A stretch of 38,732 bases of DNA from an uncultured bacterium (GTDB lineage: Bacteria > Ratteibacteria > UBA8468 > MWAK01): positions 1 to 38,732 of the forward strand of contig CAZPLE010000113.1 of assembly GCA_964587375.1 (NCBI GenBank), in the 5' to 3' direction. Below, piece after piece: positions 24,802-34,023 of this stretch. How positions within the stretch are numbered: the first letter of the stretch is position 1; each line of letters begins with the position of its first letter. The notes below the pieces were generated by a model. That model saw only the letters and a program-made list of their open reading frames with translations. It had not been told where the DNA came from and made no database searches. The translations under genes and the position numbers were made by a program.

Positions 24802-25665
24802 ATGAAGATTACCGCCCAAACCAAGGTAGTTGCCCTCTTTGGCTATCCAGTAACACATACCCTTTCGCCTCTATTTCAAAATGCAGCCTTTAGGGCTGCC
24901 GGTGTTGATGCGGTTTACCTCGTCTTTGAAATTCCCCCACTTCTCCTAAAAGACGCCATTAAGGCAGTGAAAGATTTAAATTTCCTCGGAGCCAATCTCA
25001 CCATTCCTCACAAAGAAACAGCCCTTCTTTTTCTGGATGAAGTATCAGAAACAGCATCCCGGATTGGTTCGGTTAACACGCTTGTCAACCATTCTGGAAT
25101 ACTGAAGGGAGAGACGACCGATGGTCCGGGGTTTTTGCTCTCTTTAAAAGAGAAGGGAATTAACCCAAAGTTAAAAAAGGTTTTACTGGTTGGTGCCGGT
25201 GGTGCAGCCAGAGCGGTCGCCTTTGCTCTTGTTAAAGCAGGTGCCTCCGTAACTATTACCAACAGGACCGCGGAAAGGGGCGAAAAACTTGTCTCTGACT
25301 TAAAGAGATACTATCCCCAGACGGAAGCGGAATTTGTTCCTTTTTCGGAAAAAACCACTTTCTTGAAACGAAAAGATTATGACATTTTAATCAATGCTAC
25401 TTCCGTGGGCTTAAAAAAGGGTGAAACCCTTTTCCGGAGCAGCGACCTACCAGAAAAGATTGTCGTTTGCGACCTAATCTACCATCGGAAGACAGAACTC
25501 CTTGCTGCCGCAGAAAAACGTGGCTTAACCACCATTAGCGGATTGGGCATGCTGGTCTATCAAGGTGCTCTTTCCTTTCGCCTCTGGACCGGTAAGCCTG
25601 CTCCTTTAAAAATTATGTTTTCTGCTCTCAAAAACCAATTGAGATCTAAAGCATATCTTTTATAG
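24802..25665 (+). CDS. aroE: Shikimate dehydrogenase
   Basis: GYPVTHTLSPLFQNAAF, NLTIPHK, NT.. and the Rossmann motif GAGGAARAV are present. Confidence 0.9.
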   Translation: MKITAQTKVVALFGYPVTHTLSPLFQNAAFRAAGVDAVYLVFEIPPLLLKDAIKAVKDLNFLGANLTIPHKETALLFLDEVSETASRIGSVNTLVNHSGILKGETTDGPGFLLSLKEKGINPKLKKVLLVGAGGAARAVAFALVKAGASVTITNRTAERGEKLVSDLKRYYPQTEAEFVPFSEKTTFLKRKDYDILINATSVGLKKGETLFRSSDLPEKIVVCDLIYHRKTELLAAAEKRGLTTISGLGMLVYQGALSFRLWTGKPAPLKIMFSALKNQLRSKAYLL

Positions 25666-25688
25666 TTTAATGTTTTAAAATCTCCTGG

Positions 25689-26720
25689 TCATCCCTGATG
25701 GAAAAAGGCTGCAGCCGCAAGAATGGTTAAATGAGGCAAAAAGACAGCGACCTCCGGAGATAGATAGCCCTCCTTTCCCAGCGCCAGAGAGAAAGAGAAG
25801 AACCAGTAAGTAAAGATTGCCAGCAAAAAACCGAAGGTGATAAGAATAGGTCTGGCAAATCTCCGGCTGAAGAGAAGCGGAAAGGCAAGAAAGATAACAA
25901 AAGTATTGAGCAACGGATAACTGAAGTGACTTAGCGCCGTGGTCTTTACTGCCGGGGGCATCATTCCTGCAGCAGAAAGTTTCTTTAAATAGTCAGATAA
26001 TTGCCGCCAACTGAGGGTTTCTGTCGGCCTTAAGTAACCAGCAACCTCTTGAGGGCTAAAGCCTAAGTTGACCATCCGTGTCTGAAAAGAGTCTTCTTCA
26101 ATAACCTGACCGTCAGGAGAAAAACTAACTCTTCTACCCGACTTCATTAACCAGTTGGTGTCCTCCAATATCCTTCCCTTCTCAGCCTGGTATACTTCTT
26201 TCAAACTTCCCTCTTTCTGAAAAAGGAGTATGTTTAAATGATGAAAGGTGGCTTCTTGGGTAACAAAATTGTCTGCGTAAAGAAAAAAGCCAGGTAGCAC
26301 AAGGGTTGGACCAGTAATCTGTGGCTGGGGTTTTATTTTTCCATAGGAAATCGGTACCAGCGTTTCATTCACAAAGAAGCAGGCTGCTCCAATAAAGATG
26401 CTTATCCAAAAATAAGGGCTTAAAAACCTTACTGGATTTAAACCCGAACCTTCCAGAGCCAGGGTCTCTTTATATTTACCCATCAAACCCAATCCAATCA
26501 GAACCGCGATGAGCACAGCCAGAGGCGAAAATTGAACGAAGATGACCGGAACCATCCAGAGGAAAGAACGGAATATCTCAAAAAGGGTATAGCCAGAGTG
26601 AAGATAATCACCTAAGTCATCCACCACCACTTCTACCAGTCCGATGATTATCAGCCCTACAGCAGAAAGCGAGTAAATCTTTACAAACTCCAGCGTAAGA
26701 TATCTATCCAACCTCTTCAT
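25689..26720 (-). CDS. lptG: LPS export ABC permease LptG (YjgP/YjgQ family)
   Basis: Six-TM YjgP/YjgQ architecture with a central periplasmic beta-jellyroll segment. It is the second gene of the pair and overlaps lptF by 4 nt. Confidence 0.8.
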   Translation of the reverse strand: MKRLDRYLTLEFVKIYSLSAVGLIIIGLVEVVVDDLGDYLHSGYTLFEIFRSFLWMVPVIFVQFSPLAVLIAVLIGLGLMGKYKETLALEGSGLNPVRFLSPYFWISIFIGAACFFVNETLVPISYGKIKPQPQITGPTLVLPGFFLYADNFVTQEATFHHLNILLFQKEGSLKEVYQAEKGRILEDTNWLMKSGRRVSFSPDGQVIEEDSFQTRMVNLGFSPQEVAGYLRPTETLSWRQLSDYLKKLSAAGMMPPAVKTTALSHFSYPLLNTFVIFLAFPLLFSRRFARPILITFGFLLAIFTYWFFSFSLALGKEGYLSPEVAVFLPHLTILAAAAFFHQG

Positions 26721-27751
26721 CTCAACTTTGGAAAGAAGGAAAGAGCAAGAAAGAGAATCATTATATCCGGCAGAAAGAATAGGCCGGAAAGATGGGGGGC
26801 GGACCTGGCTAATGCCTCCAGACCTGAGAGAAAGAAGTAATAACTTAGCACCAGACCGCAGGAAGCCAGGATGCCCCAGAGACTTCGTGGTAGAGCGACG
26901 CCCAATGGTAAACCGATGAGTAGAAAGAGAAAAGGTGCGGGCGCAAATGAAAGGCGACGCATCTGTTCCGCTTTTGCTTCTCTAGTCCCTAAATTGAGCA
27001 AGTGGAGAACATCCATTTCATAAATTTTGGGTGCTGGCAGTTGTGTCTTTCTTTCGCTTTGAGGCAATGGAAAAAGGTACTTACGAAAAGTCAATTTTTG
27101 ATAGGTCTCTACCCTGCGGGGTTGATATGTCTGCATAATGCCATTTTCAAACTGGACGTAAACTTTGCCCTGATAAATTAGTCCTTTTATCTTTTCCGCG
27201 GATATGGTCCGAACTATCTCCCCTTCCCTCTGATAGAGGAGGACTTTTTCTTTGCTCTCCTTGTCAGGAATAAAGATAACGGTTCCGGGAAATTCAGTTA
27301 CCACCGTCCCGGGTCGAAAAAGATTGGTTACCGAAAGGACTTTTGCATCAATGGTCAAAACCCGTTTTTGGTAAAGTCCGTAGGGCTGCAGAAAGGACAG
27401 GAAAACGAGATTAACCAACGAAAGAAAAAAACCCAGAGTTAAAAGGGGAATAAGAACCTTCTCCAAGGGTATGCCCAGACTTTTGATGGCAAGAATTTCC
27501 CTATCCTGACTGAACCGTCCAAAAGTAAGCGTGGAGGCGATTAAAGTCGAAAGTGCCAGCCCATAAGGCAAGAGCGAAAGCAAGACAAGGAACCAGTAGC
27601 GGAGAAGGATACTTGTAGCCAAGAAGTTTTTGACCAGAAGGTCCACAAATTGGAAAAGGCTCCCCAGAGATAGAAGAAAGAGCACAAAGATAAAAGAGAC
27701 CAAAAAGGAGGGCCAAAATTCTTCAATAATATATCTGCTTATCCGCTTCAT
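26717..27751 (-). CDS. lptF: LPS export ABC permease LptF (YjgP/YjgQ family)
   Basis: It shows the same architecture, and the N-terminus ISRYIIEEFWPSF is typical. It is the first gene of the pair. A candidate extended -10 (TGCTAAAAT on the minus strand, 27776-27784) lies upstream. Confidence 0.8.
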   Translation of the reverse strand: MKRISRYIIEEFWPSFLVSFIFVLFLLSLGSLFQFVDLLVKNFLATSILLRYWFLVLLSLLPYGLALSTLIASTLTFGRFSQDREILAIKSLGIPLEKVLIPLLTLGFFLSLVNLVFLSFLQPYGLYQKRVLTIDAKVLSVTNLFRPGTVVTEFPGTVIFIPDKESKEKVLLYQREGEIVRTISAEKIKGLIYQGKVYVQFENGIMQTYQPRRVETYQKLTFRKYLFPLPQSERKTQLPAPKIYEMDVLHLLNLGTREAKAEQMRRLSFAPAPFLFLLIGLPLGVALPRSLWGILASCGLVLSYYFFLSGLEALARSAPHLSGLFFLPDIMILFLALSFFPKLR

Positions 27752-27812
27752 TTCAATCGGTAGTCTTTCAGATTTATTTTAGCATAATCGGAAACTTTGT
27801 CTCACCATTTTC

Positions 27813-27841
27813 TTGACATAGACCACTATTTGTATTACTAT
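27813..27841 (+). promoter_or_regulatory. Candidate sigma70-type promoter for nikR, giving a short SD-less leader
   Basis: TTGACA (27813-27818), a 17-nt spacer, then TACTAT (27836-27841). The nikR ATG is at 27857. An AT-rich inverted repeat, TATTTTT-GA-AAAAATA (27839-27854), overlaps the -10 and predicted TSS. Confidence 0.45.
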
Positions 27842-27856
27842 TTTTGAAAAAATAAT

Positions 27857-28288
27857 ATGGTCTCTAAAAGAGAGGGTGTGGTTCGTTTTGGAATTTCCCT
27901 CCCTGGCGAACTGCAGAAGCGTTTTGACCGGCTAATCAAGGAAAAGGGGTACGCCAACCGCTCCGAGGCTCTTCGGGATCTGATGAGAGAAATGCTGGTC
28001 AGAAAAGAATGGGAAAGAGCAGACCAAGAGGTAGCCGGAACCATCACCCTGGTTTACAACCACCACCAGCGAGAACTGGTGAGCCGCCTCACGGAAATTC
28101 AACATAACTACCATCAGATTATCATCTCCGGGCAGCATGTCCACCTGGACCATGACAACTGCCTGGAGGTGGTGATTATGAAAGGGAGGGCTTCCCAAGT
28201 CTTGAGCCTGGGGCAAAGATTACGGGCGGTTAAGGGCGTCAAGTTTGGAGAAGTGACGATGGCTTCTACTGGCCGTACCCTGAAATGA
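27857..28288 (+). CDS. nikR: Nickel-responsive transcriptional regulator NikR
   Basis: It has the ribbon-helix-helix N-terminus (RFGISLPGELQKRFDRLIKEKGYANRSEALRDLMRE). The C-terminal nickel-site motif HVHLDHDNCLEV matches E. coli HVHINHDDCLEI. Confidence 0.9.
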   Translation: MVSKREGVVRFGISLPGELQKRFDRLIKEKGYANRSEALRDLMREMLVRKEWERADQEVAGTITLVYNHHQRELVSRLTEIQHNYHQIIISGQHVHLDHDNCLEVVIMKGRASQVLSLGQRLRAVKGVKFGEVTMASTGRTLK

Positions 28289-28312
28289 AAAAGGAGTAAT
28301 CTTTTTCTCTTT

Positions 28313-28957
28313 TTACTTTTTCGTCTTAACCTTTTCTTTCAGTTTTCCGTAATCATTAAAACTCTTTGAAACAAGACTTAATTCTTCTATAAACGCCCCA
28401 ATCTCTTCTTCGAAGATAACCTCTTTCAATCCTTCCACATCTTTTATTTCACCCTCTTTTATCGCCGAAATGATTTTGTCTAATTTTTGAACCCGGAGGT
28501 CATCCGGATGTAACCGCCTGGTCAAGGCAAAAAGTTCCATAGCGCTCTGGTATGCTTCGTCAATCTTGTTCTGAAGAAAATTACTCAGGGTAATAAAATA
28601 GAGGCAGTGCAATTTCAACTCCTGGTTCTTGGTGGTGTTGCTGATCTTTTGAAAAGCAGAGACGACATCCTCATACGTGGGACTTGCATTATCACCCCCT
28701 TGAGTTTTAAGAAACATCTTGGAAGCCTCAACAAATTCCTGGGTAACTCCAGGAATGGTTCGGAAATTATCAATGGTCAAAAGGTCTAAATTTACCTCCT
28801 TTTGAGAGTTATTTTCAACCTCCGCACCTTCCAGGGGATTTAGCGGGATTAATCGGCCAGACCAGAGAGAAACAAAGATGATCCCTCCTGCTAAAAAGGT
28901 TATGAACAGAAAAACTTTCCAAACCCTTTTCGCTCTTTTTTTTCTCTCTTCCATCAT
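28313..28957 (-). CDS. Single-pass membrane protein of unknown function
   Basis: The basic N-terminus is followed by a TM helix (VWKVFLFITFLAGGIIFVSLW) and a helical soluble domain with no recognisable motif. The track start at 28972 lies only 3 nt from a -10-like hexamer. The ATGATG at 28957/28954 follows GGAGG and is preferred. Confidence 0.5.
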   Translation of the reverse strand: MMEERKKRAKRVWKVFLFITFLAGGIIFVSLWSGRLIPLNPLEGAEVENNSQKEVNLDLLTIDNFRTIPGVTQEFVEASKMFLKTQGGDNASPTYEDVVSAFQKISNTTKNQELKLHCLYFITLSNFLQNKIDEAYQSAMELFALTRRLHPDDLRVQKLDKIISAIKEGEIKDVEGLKEVIFEEEIGAFIEELSLVSKSFNDYGKLKEKVKTKK

Positions 28958-28975
28958 CCCTCCTTTTTTCATATA

Positions 28976-29005
28976 ATAATACTATCCATTTTTGGAATAT
29001 GTCAA
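28976..29005 (-). promoter_or_regulatory. Candidate sigma70-type promoter for the 28313-28957 gene
   Basis: The minus strand reads TTGACA (29005-29000), an 18-nt spacer, then TATTAT (28981-28976). Sequence match only. Confidence 0.4.
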
Positions 29006-29114
29006 TTAACTCACCTCCTTTCTCTTTGGGGTTTTGCTTTTTGAATTTGATAAATGTTATTATATACAACGAACAGGGAAAAGAGAACAAAAAACTGGGT
29101 GAAGAAGAGAGAAT

Positions 29115-30263
29115 ATGCAGTTAGACCGGGAATTAACAGCTATACTGGAGTACTTAGAACGAGAACGCGGCTTGGATCGTCAGTCTATCCTGGCGGCGAT
29201 TGAGGGAGGATTATTATCTGTCTATCGCAAAAAGATGAAGCTTGATAAGAATGTTGAACTCCATATTGACCCAACCACCACAGAAGTTTACATAATTGAT
29301 GCCGCAGGTAACAGAATGCCAGCCCCGGCTCTCCCTATGGGTAGAATTGCTGCCGCCAGTGCCAGACAGATGATTATGCAAAGAATAAGAGAGGCGGAGA
29401 AAGCGCAACTTTACGAAGAATATAAACAGAAAGAGGGAACGGTTGTCTTTGGCCTTGTGGACCATTATGAAAAAGGTAATTTAATTGTAAATTTAGGAAG
29501 GATAGAAGGGTTTTTCCCGGCTTCAAAATTGACCCGGGCGGAACGTCATCGGAGACGAGGATCCGCGGTCCGAGGAGTAATAGAAGAGGTTATCAAGGAA
29601 CCGCAAGGGGTGAAAATTATTCTCTCCGCTCTTCATCCTCAACTGGTGGCTGAACTATTCTCTCAGGAAATTCCGGAAATAAGGGACCATCTTGTAGAGA
29701 TAAAGAAGATCGCCCGCGTGCCCGGTGAAGCTTCTAAGGTCGCTGTCAGTTCCAATGACAGCAGAATTGATCCGATAGGAACCTGCATCGGCGTCCGCGG
29801 AACAAGAATCAGAGCGATAATGAAGGAATTGGGCGGAGAAAGGGTTGATGTGATCCGCTGGCAGGAAGACCCCGCAGAACTGATTGCCGCCACGCTGGCG
29901 CCGGCAAAAGTCCTTAAGGTAGAGATTGACCGACATAAAAAATCTAGCCTGGTAATCGTTTCTGACGATCAGCGAGCGATTGCTATCGGAAAGAATGGTA
30001 TCAATGTTAAACTGGCATCACAGTTATCTGGTTTTGAGGTTACCATAAAGAGCGAAAGCGAAATAAAAGCCGAGCAACTACCGGCAATTGCCTCTCTTCC
30101 CGGAGTTGATGAAGAACTGGCAAAAAGGTTAAAGGATGCTGGATTCTCTTCGCTTAAGGATATTGCAGAGGCATCGGAAGAAATCCTTATCAAAATAGAG
30201 GGAGTAGACAGTGAAAAAGCAAAGGAATTGATAGCGAATGCACGCCTGGCTATTCTTTCCTGA
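29115..30263 (+). CDS. nusA: Transcription termination/antitermination factor NusA
   Basis: The N-terminal domain (ELTAILEYLERERGLDRQSILAAIEGGLLSVYRKK) is followed by S1 and two KH domains (IDPIGTCIGVRGTRIRAIMKELGGERVDVI; AIAIGKNGINVKLA). There is a single C-terminal HhH-type repeat. Confidence 0.93.
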   Translation: MQLDRELTAILEYLERERGLDRQSILAAIEGGLLSVYRKKMKLDKNVELHIDPTTTEVYIIDAAGNRMPAPALPMGRIAAASARQMIMQRIREAEKAQLYEEYKQKEGTVVFGLVDHYEKGNLIVNLGRIEGFFPASKLTRAERHRRRGSAVRGVIEEVIKEPQGVKIILSALHPQLVAELFSQEIPEIRDHLVEIKKIARVPGEASKVAVSSNDSRIDPIGTCIGVRGTRIRAIMKELGGERVDVIRWQEDPAELIAATLAPAKVLKVEIDRHKKSSLVIVSDDQRAIAIGKNGINVKLASQLSGFEVTIKSESEIKAEQLPAIASLPGVDEELAKRLKDAGFSSLKDIAEASEEILIKIEGVDSEKAKELIANARLAILS

Positions 30264-30302
30264 AAAAGTTCTCAAGGTGCCTATTTCCTAAGAATAAAAT
30301 AG

Positions 30303-31820
30303 ATGAAAAAGGATGATATCCGTCCCAGGCCACCGATTGTAACCCTGATGGGCCATGTGGACCACGGCAAAACATCTCTGCTTGACGCCATCAGAAAGAG
30401 TAATATTGCAGGAAAAGAATATGGCCAGATTACGCAACACATTGGGGCTTATACTGTAGAAACAGAGGGAAGAAAGGTTACCTTTTTGGATACCCCGGGA
30501 CACGAGGCTTTCACGGCAATGCGCGCTCGGGGTGCACAGGTAACCGATATTGTCGTCCTGGTTGTAGCGGTAAATGAAGGTATAATGCCCCAAACGGTGG
30601 AAGCTATCCAGCACTGTAATGCTGCTAAGGTTCCGATCATTGTGGCACTGAATAAAATTGACAAAGGTAGAGAGAATGTTTATCGGGTAAAATCGCAACT
30701 GGCACAATACAACCTTTTGGCTGAGGATCTAGGGGGCCAGACGCTGATGGTAGAAACCGCGGCCACCCAAGGTATCGGTATCAAGGACCTTCTGGAAAGC
30801 ATTCTCCTTCAAGCGGAGATGCTGGAACTGAAAGCCGACTACGGAGCGCCGGCAGAAGGGGTGGTGATTGAAACCAAACTTGACCGGGGGACTGGACCAA
30901 ACATAACCCTGATTCTGCAAAACGGAACCCTCAAGATGCGTCAGCCATTTCTGGTTGGTTCTACTTACGGAAAAGTCAAAGCAATATTTGACGATCAGGG
31001 CAGAAACCTTTCGGAATTGACACCAGGACTGGCTGCCCGAGTGGTGGGTGCTACGGAACTTCCGGCAGTAGGCGCCAGATTTATCGCGATGGATTCCGAA
31101 AAAGAAGCCAGAGAGGTGGTAGAGAAGAGCCGGAGCCGCCAAACAACAAAAGGAACCCCCAGCATTACTCTGGAGGAGTTTTACAAAAAACTTCAGGACT
31201 CACAGGTACGAGAACTGGATATTATTTTGAAAGCCGATGCGGCTGGTACCCTGGAAGCCATTAGTGAAAGTCTGAAGAAACTTTCCGGAGAAGAAGTAAA
31301 AATAAATATCTTCTACGCTGCCGTAGGGTCAGTTTCAGAGTCCGACATTCTTCTGGCGAAAGCCTCCAATGCGATCATTCTTGGTTTTAATGTGGTCTTG
31401 GAACCTTCCGCGAAAACCGTTGCTCAAAATGAAAGGGTTCAGGTAAGACTGTACCGGATAATTTATGACCTGATAGAAGATGTAAAGAAGGCGCTCTCGG
31501 GCTTACTAAAGCCGGAAATCAAAGAGGCAATTTTGGGCAAAGCGTTGGTAAAGCAGGTTTTTAACCTTTCCAGTGGTCAAGTGGTTGCTGGTTGTAGTGT
31601 AATGGAAGGAAAGGTTGCCAGAGGAAGTAAAGCGAGACTTGTTCGTGGAGAAACGGTAATAATGGAGTCAGAGATCGCTTCGCTGCGGCGTTTTAAAGAG
31701 AACGTCCGGGAGGTGCCCGCTGGCTACGAGTGCGGAATTATTCTGGAGAATTTTAAGGATCTTCAGGCTGGAGACATTATCACCACTTATAAAACGGAGG
31801 AGGTGAGCCGTTCATTATGA
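30303..31820 (+). CDS. infB: Translation initiation factor IF-2, minimal form (G domain to C2 only)
   Basis: Only about 10 residues precede the G domain ([22 protein letters not shown]; DTPGH; NKID). The C-terminal domains are complete. An in-frame TAG sits immediately upstream (30300-30302), 37 nt after the nusA stop. Confidence 0.93.
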   Translation: MKKDDIRPRPPIVTLMGHVDHGKTSLLDAIRKSNIAGKEYGQITQHIGAYTVETEGRKVTFLDTPGHEAFTAMRARGAQVTDIVVLVVAVNEGIMPQTVEAIQHCNAAKVPIIVALNKIDKGRENVYRVKSQLAQYNLLAEDLGGQTLMVETAATQGIGIKDLLESILLQAEMLELKADYGAPAEGVVIETKLDRGTGPNITLILQNGTLKMRQPFLVGSTYGKVKAIFDDQGRNLSELTPGLAARVVGATELPAVGARFIAMDSEKEAREVVEKSRSRQTTKGTPSITLEEFYKKLQDSQVRELDIILKADAAGTLEAISESLKKLSGEEVKINIFYAAVGSVSESDILLAKASNAIILGFNVVLEPSAKTVAQNERVQVRLYRIIYDLIEDVKKALSGLLKPEIKEAILGKALVKQVFNLSSGQVVAGCSVMEGKVARGSKARLVRGETVIMESEIASLRRFKENVREVPAGYECGIILENFKDLQAGDIITTYKTEEVSRSL

Positions 31821-32161
31821 ATGATTGCATCTTCTGTCAGATAGCCCGTGGGGAACTACCGGCTCAAAAGGTTTTTGAAGATGAAATTTTAGTTGCCTTT
31901 CACGATATTAACCCCCAGGCACCTGTTCATATTCTCATCATTCCCAAAAAGCACATACCATCGCTTTCCTCTATTTCGCAAGAAGACCGTCCCATTTTGG
32001 AAAAGATGCTCTTTATCATCCCCGAGATTGTCAGAAGAAACGCCGGACCAAAAGCCGATTATCGGGTCGTCTTCAACTGCGGACCCCAAGCCGGACAATC
32101 GGTTTTCCATCTCCATTGCCATCTCCTTTCCGGCAGAGAATTTGGCTGGCCACCCGGTTAA
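31817..32161 (+). CDS. HIT-family (histidine triad) nucleotide hydrolase/transferase
   Basis: It has CIFCQI at the N-terminus and the triad HLHCHLL. It overlaps infB by 4 nt (ATGA). Confidence 0.88.
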   Translation: MNDCIFCQIARGELPAQKVFEDEILVAFHDINPQAPVHILIIPKKHIPSLSSISQEDRPILEKMLFIIPEIVRRNAGPKADYRVVFNCGPQAGQSVFHLHCHLLSGREFGWPPG

Positions 32162-32226
32162 ACCAAAATGAAGAGTTAGTGGAAAAAAGAGGCAACCATT
32201 TACTTTTACTTTGAAACAAGTTGCTT

Positions 32227-33069
32227 ATGGTGGTAAAAGTTGGCAAAATAACGATTGGCGAAGAAAATCCTTTCTGTCTCATCGCTGGTCCCTGCGTAAT
32301 TGAAGATGAAAAAATGACTTTGAAGATCGCTGGGTCTCTAAAAGAGATCTGTCAGAGATTATCCATTCCGCTTATCTTCAAAGCCTCTTATGACAAAGCC
32401 AACCGGACATCTATCCGTTCTTATCGGGGACCAGGATTAAAAAAAGGCCTGTGTATCCTCCAACGCGTCAAACAGAAGACCGGGATACCCGTTCTGGCGG
32501 ATATTCATTTGCCTTCAGAGGCCCAAAGTGCTGCGGAAGTCCTTGACGTAATTCAAATTCCTGCTTTTTTGTGCCGGCAGACCGACCTTCTTCTGGCGGC
32601 AGGCAAAACCGGAAAGGTGGTCAATGTAAAGAAGGCACAGTTTATGTCACCAGAGGAAACGATTCATTGCGTCAAAAAAGTCCAGAGCACCGGTAATAAT
32701 AGAATAATGCTGACGGAAAGAGGAACTTTCTTTGGCTATCACCGTTTGGTTGTGGACTTCTGTAATCTCCAGGTTATGTCTTCTTTTGCTCCAGTTATTT
32801 TTGACGCCACACACTCTGTTCAGCAACCAGGGCTGGGTGAAGCCAGTGGGGGCAACCGAAAGTTTGTTCCGCTTCTGGTGCGGGCGGCCATCAGTGCCGG
32901 GTGCGCGGGCCTTTTTTTAGAGGTCCACCCGGAACCTGAAAAAGCCCTTTCGGATGGTCCCAATATGTTCCCCCTGGATGAACTTCCTGCGCTTCTCGGG
33001 TTAGCCAAAAAACTGGATGGTATCATCAAGAAGAATGGATGTCTTAAAGAGAGCAAAGAGTGTATTTAA
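32227..33069 (+). CDS. kdsA: 3-deoxy-8-phosphooctulonate (KDO-8-P) synthase
   Basis: PFCLIAGPCVIEDE, FKASYDKANRTS, KKAQF and DATHSVQ.PG are present. Confidence 0.92.
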   Translation: MVVKVGKITIGEENPFCLIAGPCVIEDEKMTLKIAGSLKEICQRLSIPLIFKASYDKANRTSIRSYRGPGLKKGLCILQRVKQKTGIPVLADIHLPSEAQSAAEVLDVIQIPAFLCRQTDLLLAAGKTGKVVNVKKAQFMSPEETIHCVKKVQSTGNNRIMLTERGTFFGYHRLVVDFCNLQVMSSFAPVIFDATHSVQQPGLGEASGGNRKFVPLLVRAAISAGCAGLFLEVHPEPEKALSDGPNMFPLDELPALLGLAKKLDGIIKKNGCLKESKECI

Positions 33070-34009
33070 AGCGGAAATAGCTGCTATTAACGCTACGGCT
33101 GCTGTTCTTAACAGCAGTTTTGAAAAGGCGGTAGAAAAGATTGCTTCTTGCACCGGAAGGGTGGTTATCACCGGCATAGGTAAAAGCGGTATTATCGGGC
33201 GCAAGATAGCCGCTACTTTCAGCAGCACTGGCACTCCTTCTTTCTTTCTCCATCCCGCTGAAGCGGTTCACGGCGATTTGGGGATGCTCAGTCGCGAAGA
33301 TATGGTAATTGCCATTTCCAATAGCGGAAAGACGGAAGAGGTACTCCGCATTCTTCCCGCCGTAAGGAAAATCGGAGCCAGACTTATCGCCATAACCGGT
33401 GATGCCCATTCCCAACTGGCTGCATCAGCAGAAATAGTCTTGCTTATTAAAGCAAAGAGTGAAGCTGATTCTTTTGGAGTGATACCAACGGCAAGCACCA
33501 CGGCTCTGTTGGTGCTTGGAGACGCACTGGCGCTCTCTGTGCTGGAGAGGAAGGGATTTCAAAAAAGAGATTATGCTTTCTTTCATCCTGGCGGAGAATT
33601 AGGCAGGCGACTGAAGATGCGGGTTGATGATGTTATGCGTTCTGGAAAAGAAATGCCTGTGGTCAAAAAAGGCACCCTTCTCTCCGAAGCCCTAAAGGTG
33701 ATAAGCGCTGGAGACCTGGGGATGGTGGTGGTAACCGACTCTTTCGGAAGGTTAGCCGGGATAGCAACTGACGGTGATTTGCGGCGTTTTCTACTTAAAA
33801 ACCCCTCCATTGAGGGGGTAAAAATAGACCAAATAATGACCAAAAAACCAAAGACAATTGCCTTAGGCAGTCTTACCGCTGCCGCCATCAAAGAGATGGA
33901 GAGATACGAAATAACCTCACTGATAGTGGTCGGAAGGGATAAAAAGCCCATTGGAGTGGTTCACCTTCATGGGGTGCTTGGTGGTAAGAACATCTACGGA
34001 AAGAGTTGA
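33035..34009 (+). CDS. kdsD: Arabinose-5-phosphate isomerase (SIS plus tandem CBS domains)
   Basis: GRVVITGIGKSGIIGRKIAATFSSTGTPSFFLHPAEAVHGDLGML closely parallels E. coli KdsD, and two CBS domains sit at the C-terminus. The start is ambiguous (33017 or 33035); either overlaps kdsA. Confidence 0.9.
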   Translation: MDVLKRAKSVFKAEIAAINATAAVLNSSFEKAVEKIASCTGRVVITGIGKSGIIGRKIAATFSSTGTPSFFLHPAEAVHGDLGMLSREDMVIAISNSGKTEEVLRILPAVRKIGARLIAITGDAHSQLAASAEIVLLIKAKSEADSFGVIPTASTTALLVLGDALALSVLERKGFQKRDYAFFHPGGELGRRLKMRVDDVMRSGKEMPVVKKGTLLSEALKVISAGDLGMVVVTDSFGRLAGIATDGDLRRFLLKNPSIEGVKIDQIMTKKPKTIALGSLTAAAIKEMERYEITSLIVVGRDKKPIGVVHLHGVLGGKNIYGKS

Positions 34010-34023
34010 AAAAGGCCAAAAAT

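Noticed and set aside
28287-28307. A possible bidirectional terminator hairpin, GAAAAAG-gagtaat-CTTTTTC, followed by a T-rich run between nikR and the convergent gene.
   Set aside because: The 7-bp stem is almost entirely A:T, so it would be very weak. It also overlaps the nikR stop codon, and I cannot compute a folding energy here.
28936-28943. A T8 run (A8 on the coding strand) near the 5' end of the unknown membrane protein gene, as a possible phase-variation tract. Similar A8-A9 runs occur in the GHL6 and hisC genes.
   Set aside because: The tracts are short and encode Lys-rich segments in an AT-leaning genome. Nothing in the context, such as surface-antigen or restriction-modification genes, suggests slipped-strand regulation.
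29011-29020. A strong SD-like AAGGAGGTGA on the minus strand in the nusA-upstream intergenic region, which might mark a missed small ORF. The 91-aa track ORF at 28815-29090 was considered with it.
   Set aside because: The only start downstream of the motif gives a 2-codon ORF (GTG AGT TAA). The 91-aa ORF starts upstream of the motif, overlaps the neighbouring gene's 5' end in another frame and has a low-complexity translation.
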